A stretch of 27,589 nt of DNA from Pseudomonadota bacterium (lineage in GTDB: Bacteria; UBA10199; 2-02-FULL-44-16; JBDRGF01), in NCBI GenBank assembly GCA_043818055.1, contig JBDRGF010000079.1, positions 1 through 27,589 of the forward strand, given 5' to 3'. Below, piece after piece: positions 19,408 to 27,589 of this stretch. Position 1 is the first letter of the stretch. The number at the start of each line of letters is the position of its first letter. A program made the translations under genes and the position numbers. The notes beneath the pieces are model-generated. The model searched no databases, was not told where the DNA came from, and saw nothing but the letters and a program-made list of their open reading frames with translations.

Positions 19408-20271
19408 TTATATAGATGCGAGAAGCGTCTCAAAATCAGTGAGATCCTCTCCCTGATTCCATTGGTTGATAGTGTAGAGCGCTTCAAGTCCAACCTTTAT
19501 CAAATCGGATTGATCGACCTTTTCAAACTTCGTTGTCTTTTTATTATCGTGCGGAGATACGACCAGATCTATACAGCCGGCCTGAATCCGTCTCTTTTGT
19601 TTCTTCATCATAGCCTCGTGATTTAACATGTCGGCCAGGATAGCGAAGACGGAGAATTCCATCTCTGTTGAGAGCACCCCCATCTTTTTATAAGCTTCGA
19701 GCGTCTCTCTGCGGACATCCTCCATCGGGAAGCCGTCAGGGTTCTCTACGGCGTAGAGTTCATCTTTGATATGTATATGCCCGTGCCAAAGATCTTTTTC
19801 CATGGTAAATCCACGTTTTAGTGCTGCGCTGATGATGGCCAGACTAATTTTCATGTCTGCGATTGCAGGGTATTCTTTGAATATCCATTTGGTAGTGGTT
19901 CCCTCATCCCTTACCGCCCCATTTGCGACGACGAGGTGCTTGGGTTTAACAAACGGTTGCAGTGAGCCGCATGTGCCGATTCGCACAAGATTGATGTTAT
20001 CAGCTTTTACCGAATCGAGTATTTCGGGGAGGATTATTGCAGTCGAGGCTGGTCCCATACCAGTGTTGAAAGCGGTTACAGGGATGCCTCTGTATGTTCC
20101 ATTGATACATATGAAACCTCGGTTGTTCGCGATCTCTTTGGGCTTATTCAGAGATTCGGCTATTTTTTCAACCCGCTCAGGAGAGCCTGAGCTGATTATA
20201 TTTCCCGAAATTTCACCCCTTTTGACAGGAATGTGATAGCATCTTCCATCTTTAAATCTAAATGTGTCCAT
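19408..20271 (-). CDS. Nucleoside phosphorylase, uridine phosphorylase family (PNP_UDP_1)
   Basis: YHI, GSPERV, NRGF, TGMGPAS, RIGTCGSLQ, AVRDEGTT, EME. Confidence 0.88.
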   Translation of the reverse strand: MDTFRFKDGRCYHIPVKRGEISGNIISSGSPERVEKIAESLNKPKEIANNRGFICINGTYRGIPVTAFNTGMGPASTAIILPEILDSVKADNINLVRIGTCGSLQPFVKPKHLVVANGAVRDEGTTTKWIFKEYPAIADMKISLAIISAALKRGFTMEKDLWHGHIHIKDELYAVENPDGFPMEDVRRETLEAYKKMGVLSTEMEFSVFAILADMLNHEAMMKKQKRRIQAGCIDLVVSPHDNKKTTKFEKVDQSDLIKVGLEALYTINQWNQGEDLTDFETLLASI

Positions 20272-20465
20272 TGCGCCCTCCGCACTGTTTTATATATTGT
20301 TACTATCCGCCCGTCAATAAAGCTGAAGGTTTTATTATTGATTTATTTTTCATATTCCTCTAGTTGTATCGGCTCTCATAAAACAAGGAGGAAACTATGG
20401 AAAGGACCGTTCATTTAAACGAAACTAAAACAGGGAAAAAACAGTACAAGGGGGAGGATGTGAAT

Positions 20466-21869
20466 ATGAAATACAAAGTGAAAGATATCGGTTTGGCTAG
20501 CTGGGGAAGAAAAGAGATGGAGATCGCCGAAAAGGAGATGCCCGGCCTCATGACAATCAGAAAAAAATATGCGGCCGACAAACCTCTTAAAGATGTGCGG
20601 CTCATGGGATCCTTGCATATGACGATTCAGACTGCCGTGCTCATCGAGACATTGATAGATCTCGGTGCTCAAGTCCGCTGGTGCTCGTGCAATATATTTT
20701 CCACGCAGGATCAGGCAGCTGCTGCGATGGCTGAACAGAATGTCGGTGTATTTGCCTGGAAGGGTGAAACACTTGATGAATACTGGTGGTGTACAGAGAG
20801 GGCTCTCGATTTTGGAAATGGCGTAGGTCCCAATCTCATAGTCGACGATGGTGGCGATGCGACGATGATGATTCACCTTGGCTATGCAGCTGAGGACAAG
20901 CCAGAGCTTTTGAAGATTGATGAAAATGATTCCGGCGATTTTATCTCGCTAAAAAATATCCTGAAAAAAATCAGAGAAGAAAATCCGACGCGATGGCATG
21001 ATGTGGTGAAAGATTGGCACGGTGTCTCCGAGGAGACGACGACAGGCGTGCATCGTCTCTATCAGATGGCGAACGACGGAAAGCTTTTGGTGCCCGCTAT
21101 CAATGTGAACGACTCCGTTACGAAATCGAAGTTCGACAACCTCTACGGTTGCAGAGAATCGCTCGCGGATGGTTTGAAGCGAGCGATGGATGTCATGATC
21201 GCTGGAAAATATTGTGTAGTCTGCGGATACGGCGATGTCGGAAAGGGCTGCGCTCAATCGATGAGGGCATATGGCGCGAGGGTTGCGGTGACCGAAATCG
21301 ATCCGATCTGCGCATTGCAGGCGGCGATGGAGGGTTTCGAAGTGACGACAGTCGAGGATACACTGGGCAAGGGCGATATATACGTAACATCAACCGGCAA
21401 CAAGGATGTGATCACAGCTGAGCATATGTCGAAGATGAAGGATCAGGCGATCGTCTGCAACATCGGCCACTTCGACAACGAGATCCAGGTTGAGAAGCTG
21501 GAAAAATTGAATGGTGTGAAAAAGACAAATATAAAACCGCAGGTCGATCGTTATACTTTTAACACCGGCAATGCTATCTATCTTCTTGCTGAAGGGCGAC
21601 TTGTGAATTTAGGCTGTGCGACCGGGCATTCATCATTTGTGATGTCGAATTCATTTTCGAATCAGGTGCTCGCGCAGTTGGATCTTTGGAAGAACAAAAG
21701 CGAATACAATCCGGGTGTATACACGCTTCCTAAGAAGCTCGACGAAGAGGTTGCACGCCTTCATCTCGATAAGATCGGCGTGAAGCTGACAAAGCTTACG
21801 AACGAGCAGGCAAGCTATCTGGGCATTTCGACAGATGGTCCATATAAGCCGGATCATTATAGATATTAG
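20466..21869 (+). CDS. ahcY: Adenosylhomocysteinase
   Basis: [73 protein letters not shown]. An alternative in-frame start lies at 20397. Confidence 0.98.
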   Translation: MKYKVKDIGLASWGRKEMEIAEKEMPGLMTIRKKYAADKPLKDVRLMGSLHMTIQTAVLIETLIDLGAQVRWCSCNIFSTQDQAAAAMAEQNVGVFAWKGETLDEYWWCTERALDFGNGVGPNLIVDDGGDATMMIHLGYAAEDKPELLKIDENDSGDFISLKNILKKIREENPTRWHDVVKDWHGVSEETTTGVHRLYQMANDGKLLVPAINVNDSVTKSKFDNLYGCRESLADGLKRAMDVMIAGKYCVVCGYGDVGKGCAQSMRAYGARVAVTEIDPICALQAAMEGFEVTTVEDTLGKGDIYVTSTGNKDVITAEHMSKMKDQAIVCNIGHFDNEIQVEKLEKLNGVKKTNIKPQVDRYTFNTGNAIYLLAEGRLVNLGCATGHSSFVMSNSFSNQVLAQLDLWKNKSEYNPGVYTLPKKLDEEVARLHLDKIGVKLTKLTNEQASYLGISTDGPYKPDHYRY

Positions 21870-21893
21870 TTTAAAATAAAATGTTTTGTTTTT

Positions 21894-21919
21894 GTAGGGG
21901 CGGCCCCCTGTGGCCGCCC
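21894..21919 (+). repeat. Single GTAG-type REP
   Basis: GTAGGGGCGGCCCCCTGTGGCCGCCC, a variant of the 19324 REP with compensatory stem changes. Confidence 0.8.
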
Positions 21920-21939
21920 TCTAAAACTGAGGTGGAATT

Positions 21940-22410
21940 ATGATTATGGAAAAGGCAGTCATCAAATCACCAATCGGCTCTTTGAAGATTATCATTGAAG
22001 ATGATAAATTATGTTCAATTGATTTTCTAGACAATGCTGAAACTAGCTTGCCGGAAAAACAATCGCTCACATTGAAAAAGACGATCAAACAGCTGGGCGA
22101 ATATTTTGCAAAAGAGCGCCGTGAGTTTGATCTGCCAATTTCTTTTGAAAAGGCCACTCCCACAAAATTTGAACTCAAGGCATGGAATGTGCTGCTCAAA
22201 ATTCCATATGGAGAAACAATATCTTATAAGGCTCAAAGCAGGAAGATAAAGACCCTTGCATATCGCTCAGTCGGCAAAGCCAACGGCAAAAACCCATTGC
22301 CGATTGTAGTTCCCTGCCATCGAGTCATCATGTTTGACGGCAAACTGGGAGGCTTCTCCAGCGGCATCTGGCGTAAAGAATTTCTATTGAAGTTGGAAGG
22401 GACAATCTGA
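21940..22410 (+). CDS. ogt: Methylated-DNA--protein-cysteine methyltransferase
   Basis: SPIG, IPYGETISY, NPLPIVVPCHRV active site, KEFLLKLEG. Confidence 0.95.
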   Translation: MIMEKAVIKSPIGSLKIIIEDDKLCSIDFLDNAETSLPEKQSLTLKKTIKQLGEYFAKERREFDLPISFEKATPTKFELKAWNVLLKIPYGETISYKAQSRKIKTLAYRSVGKANGKNPLPIVVPCHRVIMFDGKLGGFSSGIWRKEFLLKLEGTI

Positions 22411-22441
22411 GCGCAAATGCTGGAGTTAGTCCTATATTGGC

Positions 22442-23245
22442 TTATGGTATAAATTGAAAATCTTCTATGATTATTTCGGTTTCAAGCCCATCTGATGGTG
22501 GAAGCTCATTGAGTAACCATAAAATTATACCAACCTTTTCTTCTCCCTTTGGAGGGACATCAGTTCCAAAGTATTTCCATTGTGCAATTAGATCGTTTGT
22601 GTTCGATGAATTTGGGTCATTGCCCTGTTTACTTTCGAAAATAACTGAGCTGGCTCTCCATTCGATTGTGTGAATAGATTCCTCACTGTTCGAAGGAAGA
22701 ATCACAGGGAAGCGCTTGATGTGGCCTTGAATAGTAGATGGTTGTACGACATATTGGCCGATGTCATTATTCTCGATTCCCCATTTTGAAAATTCAATGT
22801 CAATTTCACGATTATTATAATCCGGGTTGTCATCCCAAGTGAAGAGTCCAAATACAATATTTTTATCAAGTTGATCGATAGAAGCGCTGATTTTAAAGAT
22901 ATAAGTTCCGTATCCGAAACTTGTAAAAGAGCTTAAATGTGCACAATACCATTCGCCATCCTTCTGTGTAATCTTTATGTGGAGTTTTCCTAAGTCGTCC
23001 ATCCAGACGTTGTTGCTTCCGTTAGAATAATAATTTGGCCCTGGAGTTGTTTTTTTATCTATAGAAGAGTGGATTTTCCATGTTTCGCCTGCAAATGTAA
23101 TTTGATCCTGTCTGACCTCTGTTCTTTCTTGTGTTTGAGATTCCTGATCTGATGAAAATCCTGAAGGTTTTTCCTGTATGTTTACGCTATTGCAACTGAT
23201 AATCGAGGTTAAAAAAATAATTATAATAACAAGATTTTTTACCAT
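22442..23245 (-). CDS. Glycoside hydrolase family 16-like lipoprotein
   Basis: Signal with IISC, FGYGTY, and the catalytic EIDIE motif (REIDIEFSKW). Confidence 0.8.
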   Translation of the reverse strand: MVKNLVIIIIFLTSIISCNSVNIQEKPSGFSSDQESQTQERTEVRQDQITFAGETWKIHSSIDKKTTPGPNYYSNGSNNVWMDDLGKLHIKITQKDGEWYCAHLSSFTSFGYGTYIFKISASIDQLDKNIVFGLFTWDDNPDYNNREIDIEFSKWGIENNDIGQYVVQPSTIQGHIKRFPVILPSNSEESIHTIEWRASSVIFESKQGNDPNSSNTNDLIAQWKYFGTDVPPKGEEKVGIILWLLNELPPSDGLETEIIIEDFQFIP

Positions 23246-23353
23246 GGTCAGTATTATGTCTCGAAATTCCAATTTGTCGAGCCTATTGTAGTGCCATAAT
23301 TTACAGAGCATATTGACTTTATTATCCATATAGAGGTAGATACGGCAGGTCAA

Positions 23354-23420
23354 GTCTAACGGTAGGATGGTTGGTTTTGCCTGTCTAGGTTTTTACCCTG
23401 CCGCATGGCAGGGCGAATCC
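23354..23420 (+). pseudogene. Degenerate tRNA-Gln-like copy interrupted in the T-loop
   Basis: Shares CTAACGGTAGG, TGCCTGTCTAGGTT and CGAATCC with the intact tRNA. It has a 22-nt insert at 23392-23413, a broken anticodon arm and no acceptor stem. Confidence 0.7.
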
Positions 23421-23536
23421 AGGTTTATTTGGTGATTGTTCTTTACAGTTTAACGTATAACCCGCCTTCGCCTTTCAGGCTATGGCGCGGTCTAAGGATC
23501 TGTAAACTTCGCTTCGCTCAGTAACAGATTCTAAGA

Positions 23537-23607
23537 TCGGGGATCGGCTAACGGTAGGCCTGCAGACTCTGACTCTGCCTGTCTAGGTTCGAATCCTAGT
23601 CCCCGAG
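23537..23607 (+). tRNA. tRNA-Gln(CUG)
   Basis: Acceptor stem TCGGGGA/TCCCCGA, anticodon arm GCAGA-CTCTGAC-TCTGC, T arm CTAGG-TTCGAAT-CCTAG, discriminator G; CCA not encoded. Confidence 0.95.
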
Positions 23608-25059
23608 CACTGGTGGACAAGAGGCCCATTTCACGAAGTTGTGGAATGGGTTTCTTATTTGATATTCAATAGTTGAGCCGTTGAGCGTGCAGTTCGATAG
23701 AACTAGTTTTAAAAGTTTACGCTTCTCATCATTGGTTGCCCGCAAGTAGAGTCTATGTGCATTCTTAGCGAGTTCGAGAAGTAGTTTGCCATTTTCATAG
23801 TAGGGGATATCGGCCTTGCTATATGCTATTAACTTGTTTTCATAAGTAGCCAGCTCATCCTGCCATCTGTTTGTGTTCTTACGCCAGAAGTTCTCGCTTA
23901 TTTTGCCGTCAAGCTTGTCAGTATAGGATTGATCTATCCTTGACCTTAGCATGTCAATTTTAGAGCGAAGAGAGATGATCTCAGAGTCTCTGAAGCGATT
24001 CTTGTCATTGTAACTTTCCTTGAGGGACTTAACGACTTTATCAATCACAGGTTGAGAGATCTGTATGCTTTTAAAGATATCTTCAAACTGATCAGTTAAC
24101 TTCTCTTCGCGAACATAGCTCTTTTTCAATGAACATTCTTTTTTGGCTTTGCTACAGTGATAATAAACGTATCTCTCTTTTTTAATCTCAGAGACTACAG
24201 AACAACCACAATCGGCACAGGTGAGTAGTCCAGCATAAGCAAAGTCACCCTTGCGCTTGTATTCGCCTTTATTTCGCTTATTGAAAGCCTTTTGAACTCG
24301 ATCCCAAAGCTCTTTAGTGACAATTGGCTCATGAACTCCATGATACTGCTTTCCGCTATATACAAAGTCTCCATAATAAACAGGATTCTTTAGAATTTTA
24401 TCAAGATTAGCTTTTGAAAGAGGTTTTCCATGTTTTGAAGTAAGATAGTTATCTATAGCCCACTGGTGAATCATAACCAGCGAATATTCGCCAGTTGCAT
24501 ATAACTCATAGATTTTCTTAATTAGAGGGGCTCTTTCAGGATCTATAAGCATTATATGTTTTTCTTTGTCATTCAGATAGCCAGTGGGAGCTTGTCCAGG
24601 GTATTCACCATTAGCAGCTTTCTCATACAAGCCTTTCTTGACCTCTTCTGATAAGTTGTCGATATAGTTCTTAGCCATCAGGACTTTGATGCCATGAATA
24701 AACTTCTGATGTGATTTAGAATCCTTGGATAGAATCTCACTTTCTTTTACAAGATGAATTTCAATATCTGAAACATCATCAAGTATAACGTAGTCTTTAA
24801 AATTGCGATATAATCTGTCAGTTTTTTCAACGAGAAGGGCCTGTGTGGATTTGCACTGTTTTAAATAATCAACCATAAGCCCAAATTGCTCACGGCCTGT
24901 TGACTTTGCTGTTTCAGCATCAGCGAATGTTTTAACAACTTGAATTTGATTTTTTAAGGCATATTCTTCAAGGAGCTTGCGTTGAGCGGGGATTGAGAAT
25001 CCTTCTTTCTCTTGCTCTTTGCTGGACACTCTACAGTAGATAACCCCTTTTTTTAACAT
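23596..25059 (-). CDS. Large serine recombinase (integrase)
   Basis: Catalytic YCRVSS, EKTDRLYRN, recombinase domain (APTGY, ILKNPVYYG, HEPIV), Zn ribbon CADC...YYHC..C, coiled coil. Confidence 0.95.
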   Translation of the reverse strand: MLKKGVIYCRVSSKEQEKEGFSIPAQRKLLEEYALKNQIQVVKTFADAETAKSTGREQFGLMVDYLKQCKSTQALLVEKTDRLYRNFKDYVILDDVSDIEIHLVKESEILSKDSKSHQKFIHGIKVLMAKNYIDNLSEEVKKGLYEKAANGEYPGQAPTGYLNDKEKHIMLIDPERAPLIKKIYELYATGEYSLVMIHQWAIDNYLTSKHGKPLSKANLDKILKNPVYYGDFVYSGKQYHGVHEPIVTKELWDRVQKAFNKRNKGEYKRKGDFAYAGLLTCADCGCSVVSEIKKERYVYYHCSKAKKECSLKKSYVREEKLTDQFEDIFKSIQISQPVIDKVVKSLKESYNDKNRFRDSEIISLRSKIDMLRSRIDQSYTDKLDGKISENFWRKNTNRWQDELATYENKLIAYSKADIPYYENGKLLLELAKNAHRLYLRATNDEKRKLLKLVLSNCTLNGSTIEYQIRNPFHNFVKWASCPPVLGD

Positions 25060-25196
25060 ACATTTTCCCTCTCATTGATCTGATTGAGTAGCTCAAAAAG
25101 CTCGCCTAAAGCAGTAATATCCTCATTTGATAAATCAGGCAACAATTCCTTTTCTCTATCCTCATCATGGTGCTTATGTGTTTTTGAGGGGTTCAT
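25053..25196 (-). CDS. Small acidic protein (47 aa), below the ORF-track cutoff
   Basis: MNPSKTHKHHDEDREKELLPDLSNEDITALGELFELLNQINERENVC*. It starts 1 nt after the primase stop and overlaps the recombinase ATG. Confidence 0.6.
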   Translation of the reverse strand: MNPSKTHKHHDEDREKELLPDLSNEDITALGELFELLNQINERENVC

Positions 25197-25197
25197 T

Positions 25198-27387
25198 TTA
25201 ATTGCAATAAACCTCTCTGAAAGCCTGTTTCTCAGCCTCTTCTCTAGTTAAGCCGCTATCAAACTCCAAAATTGCAGCTCTTTCTTCGAAATCTTCTAAT
25301 TGCGAAGAAGATAAACGATCCTTGTTGATTTCGCTGCACACTTGCACACTTTCTTCTAACATATCGACTGTAGGAAGAATTTCCTGTGTACAAGGTAGCT
25401 CATCACCTAAAGCAATACGCAATGGTTTACGTTTTCTATCCTCATTATTTTTAAGATATCCTTTTGAGAGACATTGGCTTACGCGTCTAGCTACGGCGGA
25501 TCTATCTAACTTTAGATAATCAGTAAGCTGTTTGATACTTACTTCTTCAGATTCTAAATTATTGCATAACTCTTTTACAGCTTCTATGGTCTCCAACACA
25601 GTTTTTGAGACGGATGCTTCAATTCCTTCACTCATGATATTTTTTACAAGCTCACGAACCTTTTGATAGTCCTCAAGAGTGGCAATTATTTTTCCATCCT
25701 TATCTTTTCGTCGGCTGGCTTGGTGTAAAATTGCATGAGTTTTTATGAGTGAGAGAAGTTGTTTAAAGTCTCTTCTGAGTCTGATTGATATGGGAGGTAT
25801 GAGTGATGCAAGCTTTTTAGCAAACGGTATTGTGACTCTTGATTCTGCGAGATTCAGCCATTCTTGAAAGTTATGCCAAATACCATAATCAAGTTCATTA
25901 CGGTTTGATTCTTCGGCTAGAGATAGGAATATATCCTTTGTTTGATTATTATCATCAGATACATGTAAGCTGAATAATCGTGTTTCATTCTCAGGGTGAA
26001 TTTTAATTGCTGTTGTGGTGATTATGCATCCTGTTGGGCCCTCTTTTTCTATTAGTCTGGATTTGCAACCATCTTTTGTGCTGTCTACTGTTTCGTAACG
26101 AATTTTTCCTTCGCTAAGCAATGACCGAAGTAAGTATTGAGCTATATCACCGCCCATTCCAGCGGCTTCATACAAAACTAAAAAACGATGTTTTAGAGAT
26201 TCTTCTGAATATGCTAGAGCATGTTCACTCATTGCGCTAATATCGTGATATGCTGATTTAGGAAAAAATTTTAGAACTTGTTCAACGAGATAACTTTTTC
26301 CTCCCGATGAAGGGCCTTTTACAACTATAGATACAGGTCGATCCAAAGATCTGCTGATCAAGCATAAAAAGAGAATCTGGGCATTTTTTGTATCACCGAC
26401 AAACCCGTTTCTTTTTAAATCCTCTACAAAACACTGAAGAATATCTTTTTGTTGGGCGATATCCTTGCAAAGATTCCAATTGTTAAGAATACCCAATTGT
26501 TTTTTTTCTGATGAGTATTTTAAAAAAGTGGTGCCTTGGTTTAGATAGCTATTAAAACGTTTCTGAAAAGAATTTGGATTATCAAGGTAAAGTGAACTTG
26601 GATCTTTATATGATTCAAGATCAACAAGTATCACTCGTTCGTTGATTTTTGAGTTTTCAAGCCATTTAAGAATTGATTGTCCGCCCTGATCTGGTTCTAT
26701 GATAACGTATATCTTTTCAATTTTATCGAGATGAGAACTCCAGCCCACTTTCCAGGTATTTGCTCCTGGTATGCCTATAGCTGGGAATTTATTATACCAT
26801 AAGGTGTGACAGTCTGACTCTCCTTCACATAGGATTATGCGCCCAATTTGCATCGCTTCAGCAATTTTGTTTAATCCATAGAGGTGTACTTTATTGTCTG
26901 TTTTCCATCTAAAGCGGTCATTTCCGCTGAGATCAAGGCGGTATCTAATGGATAGAACAGAGCCATTTTTATCAAAATAAGGGATTCTTATTTTCGGTTT
27001 TCCGTTCTGCTTAAGATCGGACAGTCCATAGCTTTTCAAAATGTCGATAGGGATGTTTTTGTGTGCAGAATATTCTTCTAGTGAACATCCCTTTGCACTG
27101 GATTTATTGTTGTTTTTGAAGCTGTTATTGTAATCATGTGCATGTGTGTATCCATTTTTTGATGATCCACTAGGTATGTTAATTCCTAACCTTTTAGCTA
27201 GATCAATCCATCCACCACCAGCATTGCATGTATCACAATACCATGTTTTTTTATTGGGATTCCATCTTGCAGAAGGGTTATGGTCATCATGTGCTGGACA
27301 TAAAAATCGTATTTCATTTCCGCACTTCTTGCCTTGACGTTCAGATATACAGCTCTCTATCTTGTTGATAAAAATGGACTCAGTCAT
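25198..27387 (-). CDS. Primase-ATPase fusion (CHC2 Zn finger + TOPRIM + P-loop ATPase + HTH)
   Basis: CPAHDDHNPS..CDTC, ILCEGESD, GIPGA, EPDQGG, Walker A GPSSGGKS, VLYEA, ENETR, HTH LKLDRSAVARRV, and tail FEERAAILEFD. Confidence 0.85.
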   Translation of the reverse strand: MTESIFINKIESCISERQGKKCGNEIRFLCPAHDDHNPSARWNPNKKTWYCDTCNAGGGWIDLAKRLGINIPSGSSKNGYTHAHDYNNSFKNNNKSSAKGCSLEEYSAHKNIPIDILKSYGLSDLKQNGKPKIRIPYFDKNGSVLSIRYRLDLSGNDRFRWKTDNKVHLYGLNKIAEAMQIGRIILCEGESDCHTLWYNKFPAIGIPGANTWKVGWSSHLDKIEKIYVIIEPDQGGQSILKWLENSKINERVILVDLESYKDPSSLYLDNPNSFQKRFNSYLNQGTTFLKYSSEKKQLGILNNWNLCKDIAQQKDILQCFVEDLKRNGFVGDTKNAQILFLCLISRSLDRPVSIVVKGPSSGGKSYLVEQVLKFFPKSAYHDISAMSEHALAYSEESLKHRFLVLYEAAGMGGDIAQYLLRSLLSEGKIRYETVDSTKDGCKSRLIEKEGPTGCIITTTAIKIHPENETRLFSLHVSDDNNQTKDIFLSLAEESNRNELDYGIWHNFQEWLNLAESRVTIPFAKKLASLIPPISIRLRRDFKQLLSLIKTHAILHQASRRKDKDGKIIATLEDYQKVRELVKNIMSEGIEASVSKTVLETIEAVKELCNNLESEEVSIKQLTDYLKLDRSAVARRVSQCLSKGYLKNNEDRKRKPLRIALGDELPCTQEILPTVDMLEESVQVCSEINKDRLSSSQLEDFEERAAILEFDSGLTREEAEKQAFREVYCN

Positions 27388-27589
27388 TTTCCGCCCCTGA
27401 GTCTTCTGTGAAAAGCTCATCAACGCTCACACCTAGATATTTGCAGAGCTCTTTTTTTTGCTTTTCGGTTGGAGTAATCCATCCATTGACTATTCTGGAG
27501 ATTGTCGCTCTGTCGATGCCAAGGACTTTACTTAGTGCACATGCTGGTACTCCCTTTTTTAGAAGTGCTATTTGAAAAGTTTGTTTATT
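27380..27589 (-). CDS. XRE/Cro-type HTH regulator (5' end outside the window)
   Basis: Manual translation: NKQTFQIALLKKGVPACALSKVLGIDRATISRIVNGWITPTEKQKKELCKYLGVSVDELF...*. Its stop overlaps the primase start (ATGACTGA). Confidence 0.85.
   Translation of the reverse strand, partial: NKQTFQIALLKKGVPACALSKVLGIDRATISRIVNGWITPTEKQKKELCKYLGVSVDELFTEDSGAEND

Larger units (their letters stand above)
23596..27589 (-). mobile_element. Left end of an integrated element (satellite/IME-like) at the tRNA-Gln 3' end; continues beyond the window
   Basis: A recombinase abuts the tRNA; tightly coupled HTH, primase, small ORF and recombinase genes; visibly AT-richer than the housekeeping genes. Confidence 0.85.

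Noticed and set aside
20272..20465. SAH/SAM riboswitch upstream of ahcY
   Set aside because: The region is AT-rich with no recognisable aptamer motif.
5638..21919. CRISPR array from the GC-rich palindromes
   Set aside because: The copies are dispersed and inverted, with no regular spacers and no cas genes.

Overview
Bacterial chromosomal window. An FHA-sigma54 activator, sigma54 promoters and many lipoproteins suggest a deltaproteobacteria-like lineage (inference only). From left to right: (1) an orphan transglutaminase-like/AAA+ fusion ORF, an FHA-sigma54 activator, a decayed malic enzyme gene, nadC and valS; (2) a tandem array of three paralogous Cys/Thr-rich lipoprotein genes with duplicated promoters and terminators; (3) a proline/ornithine catabolic operon (P5C dehydrogenase, proline dehydrogenase, rocD) divergent from an Xaa-Pro peptidase, then a sigma54-preceded large lipoprotein; (4) a uridine phosphorylase-family gene plus an unusual PRTase-like gene divergent from ahcY, then ogt and a GH16 lipoprotein; (5) a palindrome-interrupted tRNA pseudogene, an intact tRNA-Gln(CUG), and the left end of an integrated element (large serine recombinase, small ORF, primase-ATPase fusion, XRE HTH) that runs off the window. 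The recombinase stop codon lies inside the tRNA. GTAG-type REP/REPIN repeats occur at three loci. All calls come from reading motifs by eye; no searches were run.
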